From the NCBI GenBank assembly GCA_022842945.1, contig JALHOO010000003.1, forward strand, positions 14,458-78,457: a DNA stretch of 64,000 bases, read 5' to 3'. A program made the translations under genes and the position numbers. Numbering within the stretch: position 1 is the first letter of the stretch; the number at the start of each line of letters is the position of its first letter. Source of the DNA: Minisyncoccota bacterium. GTDB lineage: Bacteria; Patescibacteriota; Minisyncoccia; Phycocordibacterales; Phycocordibacteraceae. Positions 28,212-36,613 of the stretch are shown in pieces. The notes under the pieces were generated by a model. It was not told the DNA's origin. It saw nothing but the letters and a program-made list of their open reading frames with translations, and did no database searches.

Positions 28212-28406
28212 TCAGGCATGGCGTGCAATCAGCCCAAGCTCGTGTTGAGAAAGTCCCAGCTGTTCTGCAGTGAGACCGCGTTTGAGATCCTTCTCCAGTC
28301 TTACAATACGAACCGAAGTCTTGTCTCCTGAATGGAGAGCCTGAAGAAGTTCTTGGGCGTTCTCTTTCGCAGCAGCCAGTACGTTTGGCGTAATTGATTT
28401 GGCCAT
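28212..28406 (-). CDS. Small hypothetical protein (cassette 10, convergent)
   Basis: 64 aa ORF ending near the hairpin CACCTCCAGC...GCTGGAGGTG. Confidence 0.5.
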   Translation of the reverse strand: MAKSITPNVLAAAKENAQELLQALHSGDKTSVRIVRLEKDLKRGLTAEQLGLSQHELGLIARHA

Positions 28407-28516
28407 AGTTCTTGTCCCGTGTTGCTCCTAGACAAAACCTAGCACAGTTGCATAAAGGTTCCAACATCGTCCCAGACACCCAGCAATCATCTGCTCAGGT
28501 ATATACTATAGAAATT

Positions 28517-28804
28517 ATGGAAACCCTCATTGCGAAGATAGTTCTTTGGGCAATAGCGATGTCTATGGTGCTTTTGCTGATAAGAGCCGCAAGAATTGGA
28601 AGAATTCCGGCACTCCGTCCACCTGGAGTTTATTACAAGGGCAAGGAAGGGCGGGTTGATGTGCACAAAGAGCCAATTCTGTTTTGGTTTAATTGCACTG
28701 TGATATTGCTGGTTACTTTAATTGCTCTTGGCATAATCTTTGAGGTACCGTTCTCAATCTTTGATTTTGGAGCAGATGCTGTTGAAGCACTCAATTTGAA
28801 TTAA
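28517..28804 (+). CDS. Small two-TM membrane protein (cassette 11)
   Basis: METLIAKIVLW...; TATACT upstream; stop codon 3 nt before the next repeat. Confidence 0.7.
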   Translation: METLIAKIVLWAIAMSMVLLLIRAARIGRIPALRPPGVYYKGKEGRVDVHKEPILFWFNCTVILLVTLIALGIIFEVPFSIFDFGADAVEALNLN

Positions 28805-28946
28805 AAAGGTTCCAACATCGTCCAAGACTGCCAGCAGACTTTCTAGTGAGGCCATTTTAGGTGCATTAGCTAGTGGAGGCGCTCTTTCTTACTCAGTCTC
28901 ACTAAAAACAGGTGGTTTAATTTTTCTTGCACGCTATACTTAGCAT

Positions 28947-29147
28947 ATGGAATCACTCATTTCTTTCGTATCAGCACTCACACTCACCCTTACCACGTGG
29001 TTGGGTCTCGTCGAGCAATCAGTAACGAACATTACTGATCTTGGAGCTATTGATGCAACTCTAAATCAACTTACCGAACTGGGTTCTTCGACAATTGAAG
29101 AGCTGGTTGTGGGCGAAGAGGGAAGTGAACCGACCGAAGGGAATTAA
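28947..29147 (+). CDS. Small hypothetical protein
   Basis: GCTATACT 6 nt before the ATG; hydrophobic N-terminus. Confidence 0.55.
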   Translation: MESLISFVSALTLTLTTWLGLVEQSVTNITDLGAIDATLNQLTELGSSTIEELVVGEEGSEPTEGN

Positions 29148-29339
29148 TTTCTATAGCGTCGCGGCATGATGCATGGGTGTTGGTTGCTGAGGCCATGCTA
29201 AATCGAGTGTGTTAGCTCGAAGCGTCTAATCATGCGAAGCGGTGGGAAGTCCTCTCTTTCAGAATAGCTAGATTTTCTCGAGTATCATCCGAGACTAAAC
29301 ACAAAAGCCGGGTTCCAAGGAATCCGGCTTCGAGCATTG

Positions 29340-29558
29340 CTACGGACGAGTCTCAGGAACGCGAGGGAGGGCGAAGGGTTCATTGCTGAACCGGATGTCG
29401 CCTGCACTTGCGGCAAGGTCGGTTGCGACACTTGCAGAGACTTGTGCACCCCGAAGGAATGCAATAGCGGTAGCTTCAATTTCTGAAAGGACCCCGGGAA
29501 GCAGAAGCTTGAGGACGATGATGACAATCCCGAGTCCTATGGCTTTGGTAAATGCCAT
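29340..29558 (-). CDS. Small membrane protein
   Basis: MAFTKAIGLGIVIIVLKLLLP; terminator hairpin downstream at about 29303-29331. Confidence 0.6.
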   Translation of the reverse strand: MAFTKAIGLGIVIIVLKLLLPGVLSEIEATAIAFLRGAQVSASVATDLAASAGDIRFSNEPFALPRVPETRP

Positions 29559-29755
29559 ACGCGTAGACGTAAGTGGATAAGGGAACGGAGATCTGGAACA
29601 GATCTCGCATCAATCGTCTTTCAAGGTCCTGGCTCCCTCTACTTATAAGAACACTATCTCCTGGGAATAGGTTTCAGGAGCGGGTAGACGAGCTAGTACA
29701 CGCGGGCGTATAGTACCGGAGGATAAGAGGGCATAGTGCCCAGGAGGATATAGAA

Positions 29756-30262
29756 ATGGGAGTGCGAGGTGTCACACATGCTGCTGGGTGGACGCCAGAT
29801 AGGCTCGACTCTCTTAAGAAACTTTGGCTTGCAGGCAAATCTGCAAGCCAGGTCGCAGAAGAGCTTGCTGGCGGAGTTACAAGAAGTGGCGTTTTAGGAA
29901 AGGTTCGTGATCTAGGTCTTTCTGGAGATGGGGCGCCGACGCGGTCTACCCGCTCGTCGTTCAAGCCGAAAAAGCGGGCACCACAGAAACCTTCGACGGC
30001 CGATAAGTCATCAGAGGTTCCAGCAACGCCCGCAAAGCCTCCCGTCCCGGAATTGCCCGGGACAGCGAACATCGAGACGCTCGGCGCACACATGTGCAAG
30101 TGGCCTATCGGAGACCCTGACAACACGTCCTTCTCCTTCTGTGGGAGAAGGACAGACGGTAGGTGTGTGTACTGTGTTGAACACGCACGCGTGGCATACC
30201 AGCCCAAAAGCAAGAATCCAAATTCGAACCGGGTGTATGTACACCCATCTCACTATCGTTAA
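29756..30262 (+). CDS. gcrA: GcrA-family cell cycle regulator
   Basis: WTPDRLDSLKKLWLAGKSASQVA...GGVTR..V.GKV..LGL and TLGAHMCKWPIGDP...FCGRR...YCVEHARVAYQP match Caulobacter GcrA as recalled. Confidence 0.92.
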   Translation: MGVRGVTHAAGWTPDRLDSLKKLWLAGKSASQVAEELAGGVTRSGVLGKVRDLGLSGDGAPTRSTRSSFKPKKRAPQKPSTADKSSEVPATPAKPPVPELPGTANIETLGAHMCKWPIGDPDNTSFSFCGRRTDGRCVYCVEHARVAYQPKSKNPNSNRVYVHPSHYR

Positions 30263-30324
30263 TCACAACCTGAAGAGGCCGCTTCGCAAACGCGAAGCGG
30301 CCTCATTCCTTTAGGTTGTATGCA

Positions 30325-30492
30325 TTACGCGTCCGCCCGTTCAGCTGCGTCTGCCGCCTCATCTTTGCGGTCTGCAGCCTCATCTAGATTACGCGCAGCT
30401 GCATCATGGTCTTCCTGGGTCCTGCGCTCGTCGTCTGCACGCTGGCGGTCTTCTTCTGCGCTCTCGCGGATGTCATCAGATGGATCAATCAT
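30325..30492 (-). CDS. Small acidic helical protein
   Basis: Manual translation MIDPSDDIRESAEEDRQRADDERRTQEDHDAAARNLDEAADRKDEAADAAERADA (55 aa). Confidence 0.6.
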   Translation of the reverse strand: MIDPSDDIRESAEEDRQRADDERRTQEDHDAAARNLDEAADRKDEAADAAERADA

Positions 30493-30546
30493 AGGAATGG
30501 GTAGTTACGCTAACCCTTTCTGTATACCAGTCGGTATATGGAGGGT

Positions 30547-30975
30547 TTATGAAGGATTGGTGTCCTTCTTTTCAAACTCCAGCGCTACAGAATTGATGCA
30601 ATAGTGTTTGCGGTCCTCGTTCTGAACGGTCTCGTCGAACACGTGGCCCAAGTGGCTTCCGCAATTCTTGCAGAATACCTCGGTGCGTACCATACCGTGT
30701 GAAGTATCAGGCCTCAATCCAATGTTCTCCATGAGAGCTGCATCTGAGAACGAGGGCCAGCCATGGAGGCCTGGTCCACTTTCACTCGAATCAAGCTTCT
30801 TATCTGACGAAAAGAGAAGCACCTTGCATGCCTTGCAATGGTACATACCCTCGGTGTCTGTAGTTACGTACGCGCCGCTAAAGGGCGTCTCTGTGGAGCC
30901 TTCGCGGAGCACCGCATACTCCTCAGGGCTCAGCAGCTTCTTCCATTCCTCTTCGGTCATTTGGGACATATCCAT
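30547..30975 (-). CDS. msrB: Peptide-methionine (R)-S-oxide reductase
   Basis: TETPFSG, CKAC, GWPSF, RTEVFCKNCGSHLGHVF and YCINS motifs. Confidence 0.95.
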   Translation of the reverse strand: MDMSQMTEEEWKKLLSPEEYAVLREGSTETPFSGAYVTTDTEGMYHCKACKVLLFSSDKKLDSSESGPGLHGWPSFSDAALMENIGLRPDTSHGMVRTEVFCKNCGSHLGHVFDETVQNEDRKHYCINSVALEFEKKDTNPS

Positions 30976-31035
30976 GCCTACATCATACCGTTCAACCATG
31001 AAGGTTGCCGGTACGGGAGTGTACGGGGTAAGATT

Positions 31036-31488
31036 ATGTTCATGAATCGCACCCTCCTTGTTGTTCTTTTGGTTGTCCTCTCGCTCTTTGGCATCGTAGA
31101 CTCTTGGTACCTGTATCAGAGTGCGGTCACCGACACTGCGCTTACGTGCGACATCGGGGCCGGGCTTGATGGATGCAACATTGTGGCGCAAAGTCCGTAC
31201 TCTCAGTTCATGGGACTCCCGCTCGCGCTTTATGGGATAGGATTCTTCTCCCTGTTGTTTATGCTTAGCATGGCACTACTCGTGCTTCCTGTGCGCCTCC
31301 TCTATCGTGCAATCTACATCCTCTCTCTCCTTGGGGCTGTAGCGTCGGTAGTATTCTTGTTTATCCAATTCGCCCTCATTAAAGCTATCTGCATATACTG
31401 CATCGCCTCTGCGGGTATCGTGTTCGGTATGTACGTAGTTTCAAGAGTGCTGTGGAAGCGGTTCACACCGTCTGTGCCTTCACTATAG
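31036..31488 (+). CDS. Vitamin K epoxide reductase (VKOR) family protein
   Basis: C...GC..V..S and CIYC motifs; four TMs. Confidence 0.92.
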   Translation: MFMNRTLLVVLLVVLSLFGIVDSWYLYQSAVTDTALTCDIGAGLDGCNIVAQSPYSQFMGLPLALYGIGFFSLLFMLSMALLVLPVRLLYRAIYILSLLGAVASVVFLFIQFALIKAICIYCIASAGIVFGMYVVSRVLWKRFTPSVPSL

Positions 31489-31491
31489 AAA

Positions 31492-31986
31492 ATGGGTATC
31501 TACCAATCTAGCGGAAGACAGAATCAGGGATTCACGCTCATCGAGCTCCTGGTGGTGATTGCGATTATCGGTCTCCTCTCCTCCATAGTCCTTGCGAGCC
31601 TGAGCACGTCTCGAAACAAAGCGCGGTTAACCAAGGCGGTCTTAACCATGCAAGAGATTAACAAGACCGCGTATCTCTGTAGTTTGAGTGGTACAGCGGT
31701 AAATATCCCCCCTACAGGTTCAACCGGGGGCACTGCAGTTTGTGCAACAGAACCAATGATTCTTCCGAATCTGAATGATATTGGTTTTACCTATTGCGGC
31801 TCGGGAGGGTGTGGGGGATGGACGGGCAGCAGCGACAGCTATGCAATCTCAATTTATTCCGATGCGTATCCTGGCCAAAGAAAGATCGTGATATGCGGTT
31901 CCAACTACAACGCCAGTGGATGGTTCTTTTCAGGCTCATCCTTTAACTTTTCAGGTACCACAGGCTGCTTGAAGAGCGGATTCTAG
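31492..31986 (+). CDS. Type IV pilin-like protein (prepilin N-methylation motif)
   Basis: GFTLIELLVVIAIIGLLSSIVLASL. Confidence 0.92.
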   Translation: MGIYQSSGRQNQGFTLIELLVVIAIIGLLSSIVLASLSTSRNKARLTKAVLTMQEINKTAYLCSLSGTAVNIPPTGSTGGTAVCATEPMILPNLNDIGFTYCGSGGCGGWTGSSDSYAISIYSDAYPGQRKIVICGSNYNASGWFFSGSSFNFSGTTGCLKSGF

Positions 31987-32027
31987 ACATCTTGACGATT
32001 GTCGGATTGTGCTAGAATGGTCCCACC

Positions 32028-33188
32028 ATGACCTATCCTCGGATTCTGGCGGTCATCCTCCTCGGGGTACTCACCGTGCCTCTCAGTGCTTCTGCGGCAA
32101 CCTTCTTTAGCGAACGAACTATTGTGGTGTCTGAGGCCCCAGAGGACAACCTGTATCTTGCCGGAACAGATGTAACGGTTGCCACCGCTCTTCAGGCAGA
32201 CGTACTTGCCCTCGGCGGTACACTGAGTCTTCGTGCTCCTATTGCACACGACGCACTTCTTGCGGGCGGCACCATTGTTGTTGACGGAGATGTGGGAGGA
32301 GACCTGCGTGCTGTTGGTGCGCGCATTGTGGTTACCGGTGACGTTACCGGGGACCTCTCACTCGCAGGTGGCACCATTATTACCTCGTCCTCAGCCCAGG
32401 ACGCACGTATGGTAGGGGGGTCGCTGCGGGTGAACGGGGGAGGTGCACGAACGGTGCTCTATGGCGCTGACGTACATCTCGCAGGAAGCTTCACAGGAGA
32501 CGTGGAGGTTGTGGCCTCTGACAGTCTTACGCTTGCAGAAGGAACCGTTATCGAAGGAACGCTCCGCTATGACGCTCCTCAGGAAGTTACGCTTCCAGCG
32601 ACAGCGACGGTAGCTGAAGGAGTTACATACACCGGTTCGTCTTCATATCTGCCAACGGTGGAGCAGGCCAAAACCTTCGCTATCGCAGGAGCGAGCGTGT
32701 TTCTCGTAGTACGTATTCTGTCGCTTGTTATTGCCGCTGCGCTTCTTGCAGGGCTCTTCCCAGCATTCGCACAGAAGGTCTCAGATCGCGTACTCTCTCG
32801 TACTCCGGGAAGGTTTGCGCTCCTTGCGCTCCTTGGCTTTGCGGTTGTTATTGCAACCCCGGTACTCATATTCCTTCTCCTCGTATCGTTTGTGGGTATG
32901 TCCGTTGCCTTCGTTATGCTCTTTGGATACTTGCTCCTTATCATGCTGGCATATCTCTATGCCGGCATAATCGCAGGAGCGTCTCTCGCACAAGGCCTGT
33001 TTAAGCGCACCCAGGTTACCTGGAAGTTCGCAGTACTTGGTATGCTCGGTCTCTATCTTGTGGGCACCGTCCCGGTTATTGGCGGACTCATTGTTTCCAT
33101 ACTCTTCTTTGCGGCCGCCGGCGCTATTGTGGCGATAGCGCACCGTGCGGTGTTTGGGCGTCTCCCGGAAGATATAGCCGCTGAATAG
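32028..33188 (+). CDS. Membrane protein with bactofilin-like beta-helix repeats
   Basis: Signal peptide, repeated G-D-L/V-x-A-G-G units and multiple C-terminal TMs. Confidence 0.75.
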   Translation: MTYPRILAVILLGVLTVPLSASAATFFSERTIVVSEAPEDNLYLAGTDVTVATALQADVLALGGTLSLRAPIAHDALLAGGTIVVDGDVGGDLRAVGARIVVTGDVTGDLSLAGGTIITSSSAQDARMVGGSLRVNGGGARTVLYGADVHLAGSFTGDVEVVASDSLTLAEGTVIEGTLRYDAPQEVTLPATATVAEGVTYTGSSSYLPTVEQAKTFAIAGASVFLVVRILSLVIAAALLAGLFPAFAQKVSDRVLSRTPGRFALLALLGFAVVIATPVLIFLLLVSFVGMSVAFVMLFGYLLLIMLAYLYAGIIAGASLAQGLFKRTQVTWKFAVLGMLGLYLVGTVPVIGGLIVSILFFAAAGAIVAIAHRAVFGRLPEDIAAE

Positions 33189-33192
33189 TCCT

Positions 33193-33657
33193 ATGATTCC
33201 TCAGATAGGCACAATAGCTCCAGACTTTACGCTTCTTGATCAGGACGGCGTTTCTCATACACTCTCATCACACAAAGGAACTAACGTTCTTATCTATTTC
33301 TATCCGAAGGACAATACCCCAGGCTGCACCAAGCAGGCCTGTGCATTGCGCGATGCTATGCCCGAGCTTTCAAAACTCGACGCTATTGTCTTTGGTGTTT
33401 CGGCAGACTCTGTTATCAGCCACAAGAAGTTCGCCGAGAAGTATGGCCTCCCGTTTACGCTGCTCGCAGACGAGGATCACGCGGTCTCAGAAGCCTATGG
33501 TGTGTGGGGTACCAAGAAGATGATGGGGCACGAGTTTCAGGGTATACGCCGCACCTCGTTTCTTATAAGCAAAGAGGGAATGATTGAGAAGGTGTACGAG
33601 AACGTAAAGCCAGAACTCCATGCGGATCAGGTGCTCGCTGATCTTGCACATGCCTAG
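33193..33657 (+). CDS. bcp: Thioredoxin-dependent thiol peroxidase BCP
   Basis: YFYPKDNTPGCTKQAC. Confidence 0.95.
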   Translation: MIPQIGTIAPDFTLLDQDGVSHTLSSHKGTNVLIYFYPKDNTPGCTKQACALRDAMPELSKLDAIVFGVSADSVISHKKFAEKYGLPFTLLADEDHAVSEAYGVWGTKKMMGHEFQGIRRTSFLISKEGMIEKVYENVKPELHADQVLADLAHA

Positions 33658-34315
33658 TACACCAGAGCAACGCAAAGCACGTGCACAGAAGCTAGTTCGC
33701 TACCTGAAGAAAGCCTATCCGGTCCCCGAGACTGAGCTTGAGTTCACTACACCCATACAACTGGTTGTTGCGGTTATGCTGTCTGCGCAGTCTACCGATA
33801 AGCGCGTGAATCTTGTAACAAAGACACTGTTTACGAAGTACAAGACCGTGAGGGATTTTGCCGAAGCAGACCCGGCCAATTTCACAGAGCAGATTTCCTC
33901 CATAACGTTCTTTAGGAACAAAGCCCGCCACATCATTGCAACTGCAAAGATGATCCAGGAAGAGTTCGGCGGGAAAGTTCCGAAGACTGAGAAAGAGCTC
34001 GTGCGCCTTCCGGGTGTGGCATACAAGACCGCACACGTGATTCTCGGAGAACTGCACGGTATATGGGAGGGTATACCAACTGACACTCATGTGCGCCGCT
34101 TTGCGCTTAAATTTGACCTTACGGACAGAACCGAACTCACAAAGATCTCCAAAGACCTTGAGCTCCTCATACCAAAGGAAGACTGGAAATATGTTAACAA
34201 CGGGCTCGTGCTGTATGGCCGCTACGTATGCAAGGCAACGCCGCATGCTTGCGAGGATCATGCGTTAACCAAGTTGTGGCCGCAGGCTGCAGAGCGGTGG
34301 CCGAAGGCGAAGTAA
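33650..34315 (+). CDS. nth: Endonuclease III
   Basis: LSAQSTDKRVN, LPGVAYKTA and TDTHV motifs. Confidence 0.92.
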   Translation: MPSTPEQRKARAQKLVRYLKKAYPVPETELEFTTPIQLVVAVMLSAQSTDKRVNLVTKTLFTKYKTVRDFAEADPANFTEQISSITFFRNKARHIIATAKMIQEEFGGKVPKTEKELVRLPGVAYKTAHVILGELHGIWEGIPTDTHVRRFALKFDLTDRTELTKISKDLELLIPKEDWKYVNNGLVLYGRYVCKATPHACEDHALTKLWPQAAERWPKAK

Positions 34316-34349
34316 TTGCCATATCATCCAGTCAGGCTTATATTCTTCT

Positions 34350-34523
34350 GTAGGTTCTTGGTTTCTTGCGAGAGGGTCGAGATCACTTACGATCAGGTCC
34401 TAGTGAGCCTGGATGGAGTACTCCTTCGTCCTAAGGTAACGCCCTTCCATAAGGCGACCATTCTCACACAGAGACCAACACCATTGTCCCTTGAGCCCAC
34501 TCACACGTGAACCAAGAACCTAC
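34350..34523 (+). ncRNA. ssrS: Probable 6S RNA
   Basis: Closing stem GTAGGTTCTTGGTT / AACCAAGAACCTAC; further pairing around a central bubble; CCCTTGAGCCC motif; -10 box upstream and terminator directly downstream. Confidence 0.55.
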
Positions 34524-34591
34524 CTCGCCCCCTCTGCTTTGGGGGCGTTTCTTTTATCCTTAGAACAGCGCATTTGGTATACTTGAATGAT

Positions 34592-34831
34592 ATGGAAAAG
34601 AAACTCACCAGAAGCAGGAAGAACAGGGTACTTGCAGGTGTTATGGGAGGTCTCGGAGAGTTCTTTGGTGTTGACCCAGTACTCCTTCGCCTTGGGTACC
34701 TCATCCTTACGGTATTCTCCGGATTCCTTCCCGGCTTTATTGGATACATGCTCGCTATCCTCATAGTGCCTGAGGAGCCTCTCTCGGTGCCTTCTACGCC
34801 TGCGGAGGCACATGACACCGAAACGGTTTAG
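34592..34831 (+). CDS. pspC: PspC domain protein
   Basis: KKLTRSRKNRVLAGVMGGLGEFFGVDPVLLR. Confidence 0.92.
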   Translation: MEKKLTRSRKNRVLAGVMGGLGEFFGVDPVLLRLGYLILTVFSGFLPGFIGYMLAILIVPEEPLSVPSTPAEAHDTETV

Positions 34832-35621
34832 GACGCTTGTCCTCACACATTACGCGCAGTCTGGCAGGCATACGCTTCCGTGGAGAGAGACGAAGGATCC
34901 GTACAAGATCCTGGTGTCTGAAATCATGCTGCAGCAGACGCAGGTTGAGCGTGTTATCCCGTTCTACCAGACCTTCCTCAAAGAGTTTCCAACGGTAGGG
35001 GTGCTCGCAGAGGCACCTCTTTCGTCTGTGCTCGTACGCTGGCAGGGTCTAGGCTACAACCGTCGTGCAAAGATGTTGCATGAAGCGAGTAAGGCAATTG
35101 TTCGCGACTATGCAGGGAAGATGCCAAGGACGGTTGAAGAGCTCGAGAAGCTTCCAGGGATAGGACCCTATACCGCTCGTGCGGTTGCGGCGTTCGCATA
35201 CAACCAGGACGTAGTATTTGTTGAGACAAACCTACGCACCGCGGTTATCCATCACTTCTTTCCTGGAGAAGCGAAGGTTAGCGATGTGCAGATATATCCC
35301 ATACTTGAGAAAGCGCTCGTGCAGGGAGATGCGCGTACCTGGTACGCGGCACTCATGGACTACGGTTCCTTCCTCAAGCGCTCCGGTGTGCGAGTAAACG
35401 CAAAGAGTGCGCACTATGCGAAGCAAGCACCCTTCAAAGGGTCCGGAAGGGAGGCAAGAGGAGCGATATTGAGAGCGCTTATGGACGGTGCAAAAACTGA
35501 GAAAGCGCTTCTAGGCACCTTCGAGACTGATAGGGCTGAACAGATACAGGAGCAACTTGTTAAGCTTCAGAAGGAAGGTCTTATACAAAAGACGGGAGCT
35601 AGATACCTCCTGTCTGCATAA
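34812..35621 (+). CDS. mutY: A/G-specific adenine glycosylase (short form)
   Basis: LPWR, VSEIMLQQTQV, WQGLGY and LPGIGPYTA motifs. Confidence 0.92.
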   Translation: MTPKRFRTLVLTHYAQSGRHTLPWRETKDPYKILVSEIMLQQTQVERVIPFYQTFLKEFPTVGVLAEAPLSSVLVRWQGLGYNRRAKMLHEASKAIVRDYAGKMPRTVEELEKLPGIGPYTARAVAAFAYNQDVVFVETNLRTAVIHHFFPGEAKVSDVQIYPILEKALVQGDARTWYAALMDYGSFLKRSGVRVNAKSAHYAKQAPFKGSGREARGAILRALMDGAKTEKALLGTFETDRAEQIQEQLVKLQKEGLIQKTGARYLLSA

Positions 35622-35633
35622 CCCTGCTACGAT

Positions 35634-36518
35634 ATGTCTATGACGTTTAACGGACCTCCAAAGCCAGTACACGAGAAGGCTCCTGGTGCTGTAGTGGAAA
35701 CACCAGAATACTGGGAGGGTAATAAGCCATTCAAATCTCCAAGAAAGTATTACGAGGCTCAGTTTGAGTTGGCGAAAATGATGGCCGAGCGCACAGGAAT
35801 GTCCTTAGTAGATGCTGTGGATTTATATGCACCTGTCATAAAGAATCATATTCATACGTTCAACGAAGAGAGTGATTGGGAAATCACTGGACTTGAAGAA
35901 GGTGTTACTGACGAGAACATGCTCGAGCATGCCTGGGAACGATCCTTGGTGCGTCACATTGAACGTAATAGCGAGCCTACGGAATACCATCCGGAAGGTT
36001 CGCGTTTTGGGTGTCATTACTATGATTACGACGAAGCCTCAAAGACTATAAATATTCATTTCTTCAATGCAGAGTTCGAAGAAGAATGGGTAGACGGAGC
36101 CGATGTTTCCAAGGGTCCTCTTGATAGAGTGAAGATTGAACGAAGGCTGCACGAGCTAGCGGACATGTTCCGAGATATTAAAGCTCGATATCCTGATGCA
36201 GAAAAGGTTCGCTGCCAGACAACTCTAAACAATCTCGAATCCTATCTTAGATTGTTTCCAGAATCCTACAGAGATTCCGTAGGCGGCATTGACTACGACC
36301 CTAAGCTTTGGGGTCAGGGCACAACGGTCTGGGGTCAGTTTGTCGGCGGGAATAACAAGAAGAAGGGAGAGTACGGGTTTAAGGAAGAACTCGTCGCTTC
36401 ATTTCTAGAGAAAGCTAAACACGTGCCTATAGATAAGCTACCTGAAGCACTACCTAATCCCGTTCGCACCGGAGAGGCGCCGATAGAGGATTTCTACGAT
36501 CTCTACCGGGTTGCATAG
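35634..36518 (+). CDS. Hypothetical protein
   Basis: 294 aa ORF with a -10-like box just upstream. Confidence 0.75.
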   Translation: MSMTFNGPPKPVHEKAPGAVVETPEYWEGNKPFKSPRKYYEAQFELAKMMAERTGMSLVDAVDLYAPVIKNHIHTFNEESDWEITGLEEGVTDENMLEHAWERSLVRHIERNSEPTEYHPEGSRFGCHYYDYDEASKTINIHFFNAEFEEEWVDGADVSKGPLDRVKIERRLHELADMFRDIKARYPDAEKVRCQTTLNNLESYLRLFPESYRDSVGGIDYDPKLWGQGTTVWGQFVGGNNKKKGEYGFKEELVASFLEKAKHVPIDKLPEALPNPVRTGEAPIEDFYDLYRVA

Positions 36519-36613
36519 TAGAGTTTAGTTCGCACCTTGTCTCAAGGTGCGTGCTCGACAAGTCTACATTTTTATACTATAAGTAACCTAGTTGAATTTA
36601 TGGAGGTACAGCT

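Larger units (their letters stand above)
22663..28837 (+). repeat. Array of 30-bp direct repeats separating gene cassettes
   Basis: Consensus GGTTCCAACATCGTCCCAGACTGCCAGCAA. Copies start at 22947, 23395, 24218, 24720 (11-nt internal deletion), 25422, 26030, 26745, 26955, 27621, 28457 and 28808. A partial copy lies at 22663-22687. Confidence 0.95.

Noticed and set aside
22947-28837. CRISPR array interpretation of the 30-bp repeats
   Set aside because: Intervals are about 180-800 bp, highly unequal, and contain whole genes with promoters. No cas genes are present in the window.
22947-28837. Classical integron attC sites or XerCD dif/pdif sites
   Set aside because: There is no long inverted symmetry, the core GTTCCAA does not fit GTTRRRY, no intI is nearby, and there is no resemblance to the 11-6-11 dif consensus.
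29311-29320. GGTTCCAAGG as a further repeat copy
   Set aside because: Only 8 nt match, and it lies within a terminator-like hairpin.
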